Shown piece after piece: positions 7,614 through 17,282 of a DNA stretch of 64,000 bases. The stretch spans positions 54,913-118,912 of the forward strand of contig JBCBPQ010000003.1 of the NCBI GenBank assembly GCA_039820645.1, given 5' to 3'. This DNA comes from Cyanobacteria bacterium J06633_8 (GTDB taxonomy: Bacteria; Cyanobacteriota; Cyanobacteriia; Cyanobacteriales; Nostocaceae). Made by a program: the position numbers and the translations under genes. Positions within the stretch are counted from its first letter, which is position 1. Each line of letters begins with the position of its first letter. The notes below the pieces were generated by a model, which was given only the letters and a program-made list of their open reading frames with translations, ran no database searches and had not been told where the DNA came from.

Positions 7614-10040
7614 TTATCGAGTTTTGGAATCAGTGCTGTTACCCCTTGGGGGTAATATAGTAGAGTCTCTTAGATTCTCAGGTTTTGATGGAATTAACTG
7701 CTGGCTAGGGGTTTTATAATCTTCTACCGGTACTGAAGTTGAGGAATCTTCAATCTCTGGAGCTAAGGTATCTGCCTTTTGACATTGATTTGTTTTATTT
7801 GCTGGATTGGAAATTGAGACATTAGACGGTGTAAGTTGGGAGCTATTAAGCCATACTTGTTCCCCTGGTTTGAGCAGTGTTCTGCTGCTGGTAGTGGCAG
7901 TCGCAGAATTTATCGCCGCCTCAACATCTCCAACTGAGCATACCTTAATCTGTAACCAGTAATCTTGTGATGATGAAATCTGCTGTTTTTGCACAACTTG
8001 TAACAAACTAGCAGGTGGTGCAAAAATTGGTAATGGTTGTTGAGCAGATGAATCATTATCCGCAGGGGGCAAAGTACTTTTACTAAGATTTAATTTTGCT
8101 TTAGCACTAATTAACCAGCCTTTGTCAATTTGAGCAAGTCTCTGAGAATTAGTCTCAAAAGTCGGTTCTGGTATTTTTGGGGGTCTATTTTGCGTTTGCG
8201 CGACTTCTTTTGGTTCGGAATTGCTGCGGATTATACCTTGTCTCCACCAGTATCCTAAAGCACCTCCAGCGATACCAAGTAAACCAACAATTCCCAATAT
8301 TAAGGGCAAATTAAAGCCTTGAATATTAGCTTTTTTAGTAATTACTTGAGTTTTTTGATTGGGGAGATTTTGTGTTAACGGAGCTAAATGTGAAGAATCT
8401 GTCACAGAAATTGAGGAAATATCAGCAAGACTTGTTTCTAATGCTGATTTTGGCTCAGAATATTTAGTCTGGCAATGTATGGAAGCGATTGTCACATTGT
8501 CATGACCGTTTTGATTGTTAGCAATTTCTAACAATTGCTTAGTAACGCTTACTACATCACTATTATTTTTAAGTAGCGGTAATATTTCGGTTTCCCAGTA
8601 TTGTTCGACACGGTCAAAATCACTTAGGCCATCCGAACATAGTAGAAAAACGCAGTCTTCATCAAGGATGAATCGCTGTGCTGTAGGGTGTAAAGCACTA
8701 CTCGCATTCATTCCCAATGCTTGTACTAAAGAACCAGAAGCAGGTTGTGCTACTGCATCTCGATAAACTGCATAGCCTAGCCGTACTTCTCGCGAAGCAA
8801 CATCATCGTCAAGAGTGACTTGATGGCAATTGTTTGGCGTAATTAGGTAAGCTCTGCTATCCCCGACATGAGAAATATACATTTCATGTCCTAGAGGTAA
8901 TGCCATTGCCACAGTTGTTCCCATGCGTTGCCGTCCTTGACGATTTTCACTATCGTTAAGCTGGCTAATTTTATCGTTAGCAATAGCAGCAGCTCGTTCT
9001 AAATCAGCGAGCAATACAGCAGGATGAATACGATCCTCTGGCAAAGAGGCTAATTGGGTTAGAGACTGTTGAATCGTCTCAATTGCCGTTTTAGAAGCGA
9101 CATCTCCCCCTTCATGTCCACCAATACCGTCACAAACAATAGTCAACGCTGACTTTGATGGTGGTTTAGAAATAGTAGTACCGCTTTGGGGATAACAAGA
9201 ATCTTCATTACGTTGACGGGATGGACCAGTATCTGTAATTGCAAATACCTTAATGTCAATTTTGCTAGATTTGCTCAAACTAGTTAATCCGTTATCTAAA
9301 ACGGCAATCAACTGTTCGCTTGAATGTATTTCCTCTTCTACTAATAAACGACAAACTTCGCCCATGAAATTGCGAATCGTCGATTGCGTTTTTGGAAGTA
9401 ACTCTTGCTGCCAAAATTTTCCGAGAGCCAATAAACTTGGTTTTGTTTCGCGATCAGAACTCAATTCTAATAAACGTACTATTGAACCTTCAGCTCGAAT
9501 TAAATTTTTTGCCAGTAAACTAGAAGCAACACCAACACTGGCAAAAGGCTGCCATAATTGAGCTATTTGCCATAGCCAATGAAGTTGTCGCAAAGAGTTT
9601 GTGTCTTCCCAAGCACCTGTTAATTCTCCACATAGCTGCACCTTTGTTGGTGATTCATTGAGAACAAGCGGCGGCTTTTCTAAAAGTAGTATTTCTTCAG
9701 AAGTATTCCCGGTGTTGAGAGAGAGTATTCCATAAACTTGAGGAATGTGTAATCTATAGGGAATTAATCTTAGATAAGATTTTATGTCATCTAACTTTTG
9801 TTGTTCTGGTATTTGTGGCAAAATACCTGGTTTTGTGTCTAATAAAACATTATGCTCGACAATTAAATAACGCTCTTGTAACAATTCCCCTGAATTACCC
9901 ACAATCGAATTATCCGCCACAGCCCAAAGATAACGTTTGGGTAGGGGTGTGGAGCATCGCTGGCAAAACTTGTGGGTAAGGGGGTTAGCAGCTTGACAAA
10001 GTTCGTTTGGACAGTAGAGCGTTGCCGCGTCATTTTCCAT
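7614..10040 (-). CDS. Membrane PP2C (PPM) Ser/Thr phosphatase with an N-terminal zinc ribbon and a kinase-like, apparently inactive domain
   Basis: Zn-ribbon YCPNELCQ..FCQRCSTPL. PP2C motifs RQRNEDS, VCDGIGGHEGGDVAS, HVGDSRAYL, LLCSDGLSD and NGHDNVT. One TM helix (LPLILGIVGLLGIAGGALGYWW) is followed by a 220-aa Ser/Pro/Gln-rich tail. Confidence 0.85.
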   Translation of the reverse strand: MENDAATLYCPNELCQAANPLTHKFCQRCSTPLPKRYLWAVADNSIVGNSGELLQERYLIVEHNVLLDTKPGILPQIPEQQKLDDIKSYLRLIPYRLHIPQVYGILSLNTGNTSEEILLLEKPPLVLNESPTKVQLCGELTGAWEDTNSLRQLHWLWQIAQLWQPFASVGVASSLLAKNLIRAEGSIVRLLELSSDRETKPSLLALGKFWQQELLPKTQSTIRNFMGEVCRLLVEEEIHSSEQLIAVLDNGLTSLSKSSKIDIKVFAITDTGPSRQRNEDSCYPQSGTTISKPPSKSALTIVCDGIGGHEGGDVASKTAIETIQQSLTQLASLPEDRIHPAVLLADLERAAAIANDKISQLNDSENRQGRQRMGTTVAMALPLGHEMYISHVGDSRAYLITPNNCHQVTLDDDVASREVRLGYAVYRDAVAQPASGSLVQALGMNASSALHPTAQRFILDEDCVFLLCSDGLSDFDRVEQYWETEILPLLKNNSDVVSVTKQLLEIANNQNGHDNVTIASIHCQTKYSEPKSALETSLADISSISVTDSSHLAPLTQNLPNQKTQVITKKANIQGFNLPLILGIVGLLGIAGGALGYWWRQGIIRSNSEPKEVAQTQNRPPKIPEPTFETNSQRLAQIDKGWLISAKAKLNLSKSTLPPADNDSSAQQPLPIFAPPASLLQVVQKQQISSSQDYWLQIKVCSVGDVEAAINSATATTSSRTLLKPGEQVWLNSSQLTPSNVSISNPANKTNQCQKADTLAPEIEDSSTSVPVEDYKTPSQQLIPSKPENLRDSTILPPRGNSTDSKTR

Positions 10041-10743
10041 AGGTTCACACCGAGAAGGCGATTCATGTTCATTTTTGTGTATTCATAGAGAACGGTTATA
10101 CAACCGTTCGCGTTCATATAAAACGATATATTCCATTTTGACTCGGGATTTTACAACAGACATTTTTAGTCGCTAGTATTTTGAAAGCAAAATCTAGCCT
10201 GTCAATTAGTCATAATACGTCTTTTAGAGAAAGTATATAAAAAATTACCATCTTCGGGATGATGTTCATACTACTTGTTATGGTATTTTTTAGGGCAAAT
10301 ACAATCTTGGAAAGAGTCTTGCCATATACAAAGATTGAATATTATTTCTTTATCTGTTTTTTATATATATCTAATTTGTAAATCATTAGACGACGACAAT
10401 TTAAGTATTTATATTTTTGGAGTCATTTAATTTACTGTGCATTGTAAGTAATTAAACCGTAATTTTCAAGCAAAGAAGTTAGCTTTACTTCATATGTCCT
10501 ACTATTCCACTAGATTAAAATATATATAGCCAGATTAAGACGATAAACCAGTAGAATCATTCAGCAGTTTTCTTGTTTCAATTGCAGTCGGATGTTGACT
10601 TGATTGTCTAGAGAAAGAATAACCTCCAACCAGCCTGATATAAATAAATCCATAAATAAAAAAGCCAACAGCAAATTGTCTTTTAGTAGTTGCGAACTAA
10701 TTTCCTAATGGTGAATGTAAAGTTATTGTTAAGACCGATAAAT

Positions 10744-10776
10744 CATAAGAGGTGAATAAATTACTCACCTCTTATG
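10744..10776 (-). terminator. Stem-loop downstream of ndhM
   Basis: 12-bp perfect stem CATAAGAGGTGA / TCACCTCTTATG with a 9-nt loop, about 60 nt after the ndhM stop. An A/T-rich tail follows on the transcribed strand. Confidence 0.5.
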
Positions 10777-10833
10777 AGGGTCTTAGCTATCTTTATAAAT
10801 TTTTAACTATTTGTACTTATAAAGAACAGCTAT

Positions 10834-11190
10834 TTAATTGCTTTCGGACTCTACAACTTGGGGAAGTCCCATACTATAGTTGTTGACTCGTGCGGATATG
10901 TTGTAGCTAATGGAGCCAAGTTGTAAAAGCGAACGCACGAAATGCTCTAAATCCGAGCCGATACGACGCAAATTATAGTCTGTAAGGTCTTCACCACTGT
11001 TAGCTTCCACTAACTCGTCAAATTTACGATACACAAGCTGTAGAGTATCTTCGCTCCAAATAAATTCATTATCTGGATCGATATCTAAGGTCAACACCTG
11101 ATTGCTAGGAACCAATTCGCCATCCTCAACTTCTGCCGCAAAAATACGGATATGGCGGGTTGTTGATTTGAGCAGCATCTGGTTATCCAT
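10834..11190 (-). CDS. ndhM: NAD(P)H-quinone oxidoreductase subunit M
   Basis: [65 protein letters not shown]...RV.NYSMGLP is the NdhM signature as I recall it. The real start may be the second Met, at 11178. Confidence 0.85.
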   Translation of the reverse strand: MDNQMLLKSTTRHIRIFAAEVEDGELVPSNQVLTLDIDPDNEFIWSEDTLQLVYRKFDELVEANSGEDLTDYNLRRIGSDLEHFVRSLLQLGSISYNISARVNNYSMGLPQVVESESN

Positions 11191-12049
11191 AGGAGGCTTT
11201 TGTTCTCCAAACGTTAATTAACACTCCAATTATTGTAGACTCTAAATTCGCTCCTGTTGAAACCTTAATATGAAATGATTTAGCTCGGAGTCTTGCAAGC
11301 GAGCTATCATCAAAGATTTTTCATAAATGATGGACAAACCTTTCCCCTAATTTTTCATTTAATAGCTGAATGCAGCAGTCTTTTTATCAATTGGGGAACC
11401 ACTAATTTACCATTGCGGTCAGTCTGGTAAGCTTGAATCGGTACTGTACCATAATGCTTGTAAGGAAATTGAAATAACCCTTACTTGTCATATTCAGAAG
11501 AAATAATTTAGGTAATGTGCTGTCTTTATACATTAAAGCTAACTTCATACTTAAAAATTTTGGTCTCAATACCTAATTATGTTTTTTTAATGAATAAAAC
11601 CTACATCTAGTAATTTTACGGAATTGCTAAACAGCAAGCTTAGGCTATAGTCTAATAAAATCAATTCAGCGTTTTTACCTACGTAGTATTACTTCGGTTT
11701 TAGTTAAAAGCAAAACTGTTATTGACGTGGAGATAAGTTTGATGTAAAAACCTTTAAAAAGCTCTAGCAAGTTCTTACAGAAACTTCATTGTATAGAAGT
11801 TTAAAAACTGAATAATAGTTTATGGTTTGCTAGAACTGTAAGGAGTGCATGAATATAAAATTATAGATTCAGTTAGTCTACCGATAAACCAATATGAGGG
11901 AGAGTGAAATGCAATACCGATAGAAATGGATGATTTTTCTTCTTGCAAAGTCAGACACTACTTTCGATTTCAAACAAAATATAAAGAACTTTTGCTTGAG
12001 ATAAAACTCCTCACCCCCATGACCACCGAGTAAAGGAACCGTAATAACT

Positions 12050-12331
12050 ATGAACTCGAAAGCATTACCACGTCAGGTAAACAATCCAGAAGTAGGCGTT
12101 TATGAGTGCGAAATCAATCTCAAATTCCGACTGATTGAGGAAAAAAGTTTATTGCGCGATCGCGAACAATTACTACACGTTCTCTTAGATGCTTTGGCAG
12201 AAGGTTCTGACGACTTTCTAGAGATGTTGCAGCAGGTTGTAAAGGTTCACCAGACAACAGAGCTAAAAGCCTCACCGCAAATGCGTCGTCAGCTAATGCG
12301 GTTGCGTAACTCTAACGAAATGAACCAATAA
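12050..12331 (+). CDS. Small conserved hypothetical protein (93 aa)
   Basis: Clean ORF with coding-like composition (VYECEINLKFRLIEEKSLLRDREQLLHVLLDAL..). I cannot name the family with confidence. Confidence 0.55.
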   Translation: MNSKALPRQVNNPEVGVYECEINLKFRLIEEKSLLRDREQLLHVLLDALAEGSDDFLEMLQQVVKVHQTTELKASPQMRRQLMRLRNSNEMNQ

Positions 12332-13410
12332 CTAACACTGCTCGATCGAGTAATGGTTGATTGTGTAGCTTTTAAAGAGATCTGCCTGGTAAATTATTAA
12401 GTTTAAATCCAAAACTTAATTTTTTTTCCACAACAAGTTAAATGGTGTTACTAAGCGCGAACCTGTTCTCAAAGCTGGGTTTTGCCTTATGTTATCGAAA
12501 CGTCACATTCATAGTGCGTCTACCCAGCATCTACGCATTTTATGACGGGGTTGCGTCTACAGTAACCAAACGTTGGTGAAATTATTAAATGAAAGAATTT
12601 GGGTGCCTACTAACTAGCAATTGCTCTTGTACAAACGAGCCGGTTGCAGTCTACGAAAAATTTGGACATACCAGGGAAGAAAATATTTATAATTGCACGA
12701 CTATTGCAGTAGTATTTGTACCCTCCTTTACAAAGGCAAACAAAGACTGAAGGGCTTTTCACTACCTAAATTACCTCAAAAAGCATCTCACCATCGCAAT
12801 CCTTTTTAATTTGTTCATGACTTCAGATATCCGCAGCTATTTTTATGTGTTCCCCTATTATGTGTGCTTGCAGTAAGAATTATGAACTTGTGTGGGATGA
12901 GTCTGGAAGACTAAGTACTCTTCCCATGCATAATTCTATGAATATTTTCACGAATTCATGTTTTGGATACTATGCCTATGAACAAACTATACTGAGTAAA
13001 GAATAATTCGATTGAATAACTTGAGTTTATGCTTATAGACTTTAAGAGTTTTAAATAACTACTACTAATGTTTTTGCCATCTCAATCGGATTCTTTCCCT
13101 GATAATTAGATACTTAATAATCACCTATCTTTTCATACCTGTAAATACGAAATATTACTTAATTATATGTATTTGATCGAGTAAGAAAGTTGTCCGATTT
13201 AACAAACATAGGGATTTATTCCGAATACTTTTTGGGAAAAATATCCGGCAGCACTTTTTTAATACAAGGATTCGCAAATACGAGAAAAAGGTGTTGAGAA
13301 ATTAAAGCGGCGTTGCTAAACCTTCTTGGTATTATATTTTACGGGAGTATAAATAGATAGCAAACCCTAAATAATCTCAATCCCAGTCAATAATTTTCTT
13401 GGGAGTTCGT

Positions 13411-14106
13411 TCAGTTAGCTAAACCGTGCTCCAAAGCAAATCGAACTAGTTCAGTACGGCTATTGGTTCCGGTTTTGCTAAACAAGCGACTGACGTATTT
13501 TTCCACGTTACGAACGCTTGTATCTAAGCGACGAGCAATTTCTTTGTTCATTAATCCTTCGGCAACCAGATTTAAAACGCTTTGTTCTCTGGGAGTCAAG
13601 TCAATATTGAAGGGTGCGCTTGTTTGAGTAATAGCATTTTTTTGAGTTAGCAACGCTTCGATTCGAGCCATTTGGGATGCTAATTCAGCTAAATCTGGTG
13701 TTTCTCCTTCCTCAACAGTCGAACTAGTCTTGGCAGCCCGACGAGCAAGCAAGTTTTCTACAATCGCCACTAACTCATCAGGATCGAAAGGTTTAGGTAG
13801 ATAGGCATCAACTCCGGCTTGGTAACCTTGGATGCGATCGCCAGTCATTCCTTTTGCAGTTAAAAATATGACTGGTAATGTTTTAAAACGAGTATCATCC
13901 CGGAGCCGCTTGAGAAATTCATACCCATCCACTTGAGGCATCATAATATCGGATATAACGAGATCGGGTATATTTTGCTGCATCCATTCCCAAGCATCAT
14001 TGGCGTTACTGGCAACTTGAACGTTAAAATTACTAGCTTCTAAGTAATCTTTTACGGCTTCGCGCAATCCGGGTTCATCATCTACCAGTAACAGTTGTGC
14101 TGTCAT
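13411..14106 (-). CDS. Response regulator, NarL/LuxR type (ycf29/Rre1-like)
   Basis: REC domain (LLLVDDEPGLREAV, DLVISDIMMPQVDGY, VIFLTAKG, KPFDPDEL) plus a C-terminal LuxR HTH (LTPREQSVLNLVAEGLMNKEIARRL..SVRNVEKYVSRLF.K). The start is taken at MTAQLLLVDDE. Confidence 0.85.
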   Translation of the reverse strand: MTAQLLLVDDEPGLREAVKDYLEASNFNVQVASNANDAWEWMQQNIPDLVISDIMMPQVDGYEFLKRLRDDTRFKTLPVIFLTAKGMTGDRIQGYQAGVDAYLPKPFDPDELVAIVENLLARRAAKTSSTVEEGETPDLAELASQMARIEALLTQKNAITQTSAPFNIDLTPREQSVLNLVAEGLMNKEIARRLDTSVRNVEKYVSRLFSKTGTNSRTELVRFALEHGLAN

Positions 14107-14167
14107 ATCAATCTTCCTGTATTGTACATTTTCCAATTTAGCTAAATATGGTGACAGTTTGAAGAAA

Positions 14168-14367
14168 GGAGTGGAAGCAATACTCCTCGGTTAAGCCTTC
14201 TTAAACTCGTTTTCAGATCCCCCGAGATGGAGCCTTAAATGCCCTTGCTGGCTTTTTGAGGTTTCCTCCCTTGTAGTAAGTGGCGTGGCTTATTTCCCTC
14301 CTTTATAAGGAGGGCTAGGGAGGATCTGGTTTTAACTGCTAAGTGCCCTTTCCAATTTCTCCACTCC
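14168..14367. repeat. MITE-like composite of small dispersed hairpin repeats
   Basis: Bounded by the 8-bp inverted repeat GGAGTGGA (14168-14175) / TCCACTCC (14360-14367). Inside are a copy of GCCACTTACTACAAGGGAGGAAACCTC (reverse orientation; a second copy is at 50078-50117) and CCCTCCTTTATAAGGAGGGCTAGGGAGG (related to the array at 35595-35738). Confidence 0.45.
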
Positions 14368-14390
14368 AAACTCCCTAAATATTTGCTGTC

Positions 14391-15359
14391 TCAGAGCCAC
14401 TCAATCTTCTTAGCTTGAGGAGGTAATTTTGCTTTCTGCTGTCCTAAATAACGCGCTCTAGCTGTAAACAAGCCAATTGGTGTGTTCGCTAAGTCTAAGA
14501 AGCTCGCTTTACCTAGTAATGCTTTTAAAGTTGTTTTAGGCACTTCTTTAACCAACCAACGTAAGAGGCGATAATAACACTCATACTGGCCAATTTCGCG
14601 CATCAATTCTATATTGTGCAGTTCGTGGAGATAGCTATTAGAACGTCCATAACGTTGCCACTGACTTTTTAATTCTTTTAATGTGCTTCTGTGGCGATGC
14701 TCAACAATCGCTTCGGGAGCAAATTCCAAACTGCCAATTTCCAGTTGCAAAATTCGCCAACATATGTCGGCATCGCCTCCGGTTGTTAAATATGGACGAA
14801 ATAATCCTGCTTTTTCTAGCGTCAAACGACGAATTGCTAAGTTGGCAGTTTGTCCGTAAGCACAAAATTTATTAGCTAATGTATGTTTTTGCGATAATGT
14901 TTCTTGCCTATCAGCATACTTTTCTAAAAAATTACTACTTGGCAAAGCTTTTATCTCACCGGCAACTATAACTATATTTGTATTGATAAAAGGTTTAACT
15001 AATTCTTCCAACCACTCGGGCAAGGGACGACAATCAGCATCGGTAAAAACAATTATTTCGCCCACAGCTTCGCGAATACCAGTATTGCGTGCAGCATAAG
15101 AACTTTGAATTTCGTTTTCGCTCAAAGCGCGAATTTTAATTGGGCAATTTTCTAAAGCTAGCTTTAATAATTCAGAAGTACCATCGCTACTGTTATTGTC
15201 TACTAACAAATACTCTACCCTATCTTTTGGGTAGGTTTGAGCCAATAGACAGTTAATTAATTCTGGTAAATCTGCCGTACCGTTATAAATAGGAACCACT
15301 ACCGATACCTGTGGTTTAAAGGTATTGGTAGCGGTTGTCTGAGATGAATCGTGATTCAT
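14391..15359 (-). CDS. Glycosyltransferase family 2
   Basis: VSVVVPIYNG..LLAQTYP..EYLLVDNNSSDGT..FTDADC are typical GT-A/GT2 motifs. Confidence 0.8.
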   Translation of the reverse strand: MNHDSSQTTATNTFKPQVSVVVPIYNGTADLPELINCLLAQTYPKDRVEYLLVDNNSSDGTSELLKLALENCPIKIRALSENEIQSSYAARNTGIREAVGEIIVFTDADCRPLPEWLEELVKPFINTNIVIVAGEIKALPSSNFLEKYADRQETLSQKHTLANKFCAYGQTANLAIRRLTLEKAGLFRPYLTTGGDADICWRILQLEIGSLEFAPEAIVEHRHRSTLKELKSQWQRYGRSNSYLHELHNIELMREIGQYECYYRLLRWLVKEVPKTTLKALLGKASFLDLANTPIGLFTARARYLGQQKAKLPPQAKKIEWL

Positions 15360-15630
15360 GAATTCGAGATTATTGACTAGGAATTGATAGTTATTAGTGA
15401 AAAACTACTAACTACTCTGATTTCAGTATTCCCAATCCAAAATCATTATCAATAATTTCTAAAAAATAAGAAACAATGAAAACTCAAAATTCTCATAAAA
15501 TAGCGATTGAGGATACAACCACTAATTAAAATCTTTACCATGGAAAAAAGTAATGGGCGTTGGTAAGCCGGTTGAAATACATATCCTACGCCACTACCAC
15601 CGATTAACCGCGCCTTGCTAGAACAACTAT

Positions 15631-16959
15631 TTAACGTCTGGGAAACTGTAGAGGTTGGCGAGAAAATTGATTTTGCCCAGGAGATGCAAAGTAGTTATTT
15701 GATAAAATTGACAATGCACGGGAATAGTGGGGATCTTTATTTGTTCCTAATAATCTTGGATTGGAAGCAAGTTGACGTTGTTGAGATGCTGTCAAATCCA
15801 TTTCTATATCAGGTGTAATTCCCTTTTTATTGATATCAGTTCCCTTCGGAGTATAGTAATGAGCAATAGTAATGGCAACACCAGAGCCATCTGCTAGTTC
15901 ATGAACTGATTGTACTAATGCTTTTCCGAAGGTTTTGGAGCCAATTACGGTTGCTCGCTTGTTATCTTTGAGCGCGCCTGTAAGGATTTCACTGGCACTA
16001 GCAGAGTTTCCATCTACTAATACTACCAACGGACGATTTGTCAACGCCGTGCTATTGGCTTTTGTTAATTCACTTCCACCTTTACGATCTTCCGTGCGAA
16101 CTATTGCGCCTTCATCAAGCCACATCCGAGCTATTTCAATGCTTGCATTTAACAAACCACCGGGATTTCCTCGCAAGTCTAAGACGAAACCGTCAACATT
16201 ACTTGCATTCAATTTACTAATAGCTCGTTGCATTTGTTCTGCTGCATGAGCGCTAAATTCTCGCAAGCGTATATAGCCAACTTTGCGATTACCTTCTGTT
16301 TTCAGGGTGTAACGCACGGTTGGGACTTCAATAGTCGCCCGTGTCAGCTTGACATCAAATGCTCTTTGGGTTAATCTCCCCAACCGCAAATTAATGGAGG
16401 TACCCACTTTTCCTCGAATTAGCTTTGAGGCATCCTCTATTTTCATATTTTTAGTGGATTTACCGTCAATAGCTAAAATCACATCGCCTTCTTTTATTCC
16501 TGCTTTCAGTGCAGGAGAATTTTCTAATGCTTCAACAACCGTTAAAAGCTGCGTTCTTTGATTTATTTCCATACGAATACCAATTCCCGAAACTTCTCCA
16601 GAAGTTTGGGAAGTAAGAGCTTGATATTCTCTGGGGTTCATAAAACGAGTGTATGGATCCCCCAATCTTTTCAAAGCTTGACGAACCGCAGTATAAGCTT
16701 GCTCCCGAGAAGTATAATTTTTGCTTAATAAAGTTTTTCTTGCAGTTTGCCAGTTCTGGTTGTTAAAAGATCCGTCTACATATTCGCGATTTACTAATTG
16801 CCATACTTGGTCAACAATCGCTTTAGGACTATCCTGTAGAGCAGCTTGTACTTCACGACACCAAACTGGACCAAATACAGATATTGCTGCTGTTGTGGTT
16901 ATCGCTCCACCAATAAAAGCCGATCGCAGCCGCGAGTGACGTTTCGCTGATTGTTTCAT
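15631..16959 (-). CDS. Carboxyl-terminal processing protease (S41 family, Ctp)
   Basis: PDZ region (GIGI..GD.ILAIDG) and S41 core (LDLRGNPGG, VLVDGNSASASEI, GSKTFGKA). The start is taken at MKQSAKRH (16959), ahead of a signal-anchor-like segment. Confidence 0.85.
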   Translation of the reverse strand: MKQSAKRHSRLRSAFIGGAITTTAAISVFGPVWCREVQAALQDSPKAIVDQVWQLVNREYVDGSFNNQNWQTARKTLLSKNYTSREQAYTAVRQALKRLGDPYTRFMNPREYQALTSQTSGEVSGIGIRMEINQRTQLLTVVEALENSPALKAGIKEGDVILAIDGKSTKNMKIEDASKLIRGKVGTSINLRLGRLTQRAFDVKLTRATIEVPTVRYTLKTEGNRKVGYIRLREFSAHAAEQMQRAISKLNASNVDGFVLDLRGNPGGLLNASIEIARMWLDEGAIVRTEDRKGGSELTKANSTALTNRPLVVLVDGNSASASEILTGALKDNKRATVIGSKTFGKALVQSVHELADGSGVAITIAHYYTPKGTDINKKGITPDIEMDLTASQQRQLASNPRLLGTNKDPHYSRALSILSNNYFASPGQNQFSRQPLQFPRR

Positions 16960-17282
16960 GTATATTTGCACTTTGGAATGGTGTTTTTGACAGTTTAGCA
17001 ATTAGATTATCCAGAAACTGATAAGTTTTGCTTGCTGGAAATCTTAATTTATTGCTTAATGAATCAAATTTTTCTTAAAACACGCTTATAAAGCTATGAT
17101 TAATGGCTTCTTAAGTTAGTCAATTGCCTCTGCAAGCTTAATTGATTATTATGCCACTTTAATCAGTGTCATACTGGCAGCCAATTTTACTTTATTTAAC
17201 AGAGCCGATGGCTTAGCTATATTAGTTACATTAATTTTGAACTTAACCCAAGCTACTATTAACCATTTTATTCAGATTTCCC

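Noticed and set aside
9863-10117. Minus-strand 84-aa ORF overlapping the PP2C gene start in another frame
   Set aside because: It overlaps the Zn-ribbon-encoding 5' end of the 808-aa gene. The long frame has the recognisable motifs.
11385-11500. Minus-strand protein-like fragment ..YKHYGTVPIQAYQTDRNGKLVVPQLIKRLLHSAIK-stop
   Set aside because: It is only about 38 codons, preceded by an in-frame stop with no start codon. It may be a gene remnant, but that cannot be supported from sequence alone.
15935-16939. Several plus-strand ORFs (60-104 aa) inside the ctp gene
   Set aside because: They are antisense shadows of the S41 protease gene.
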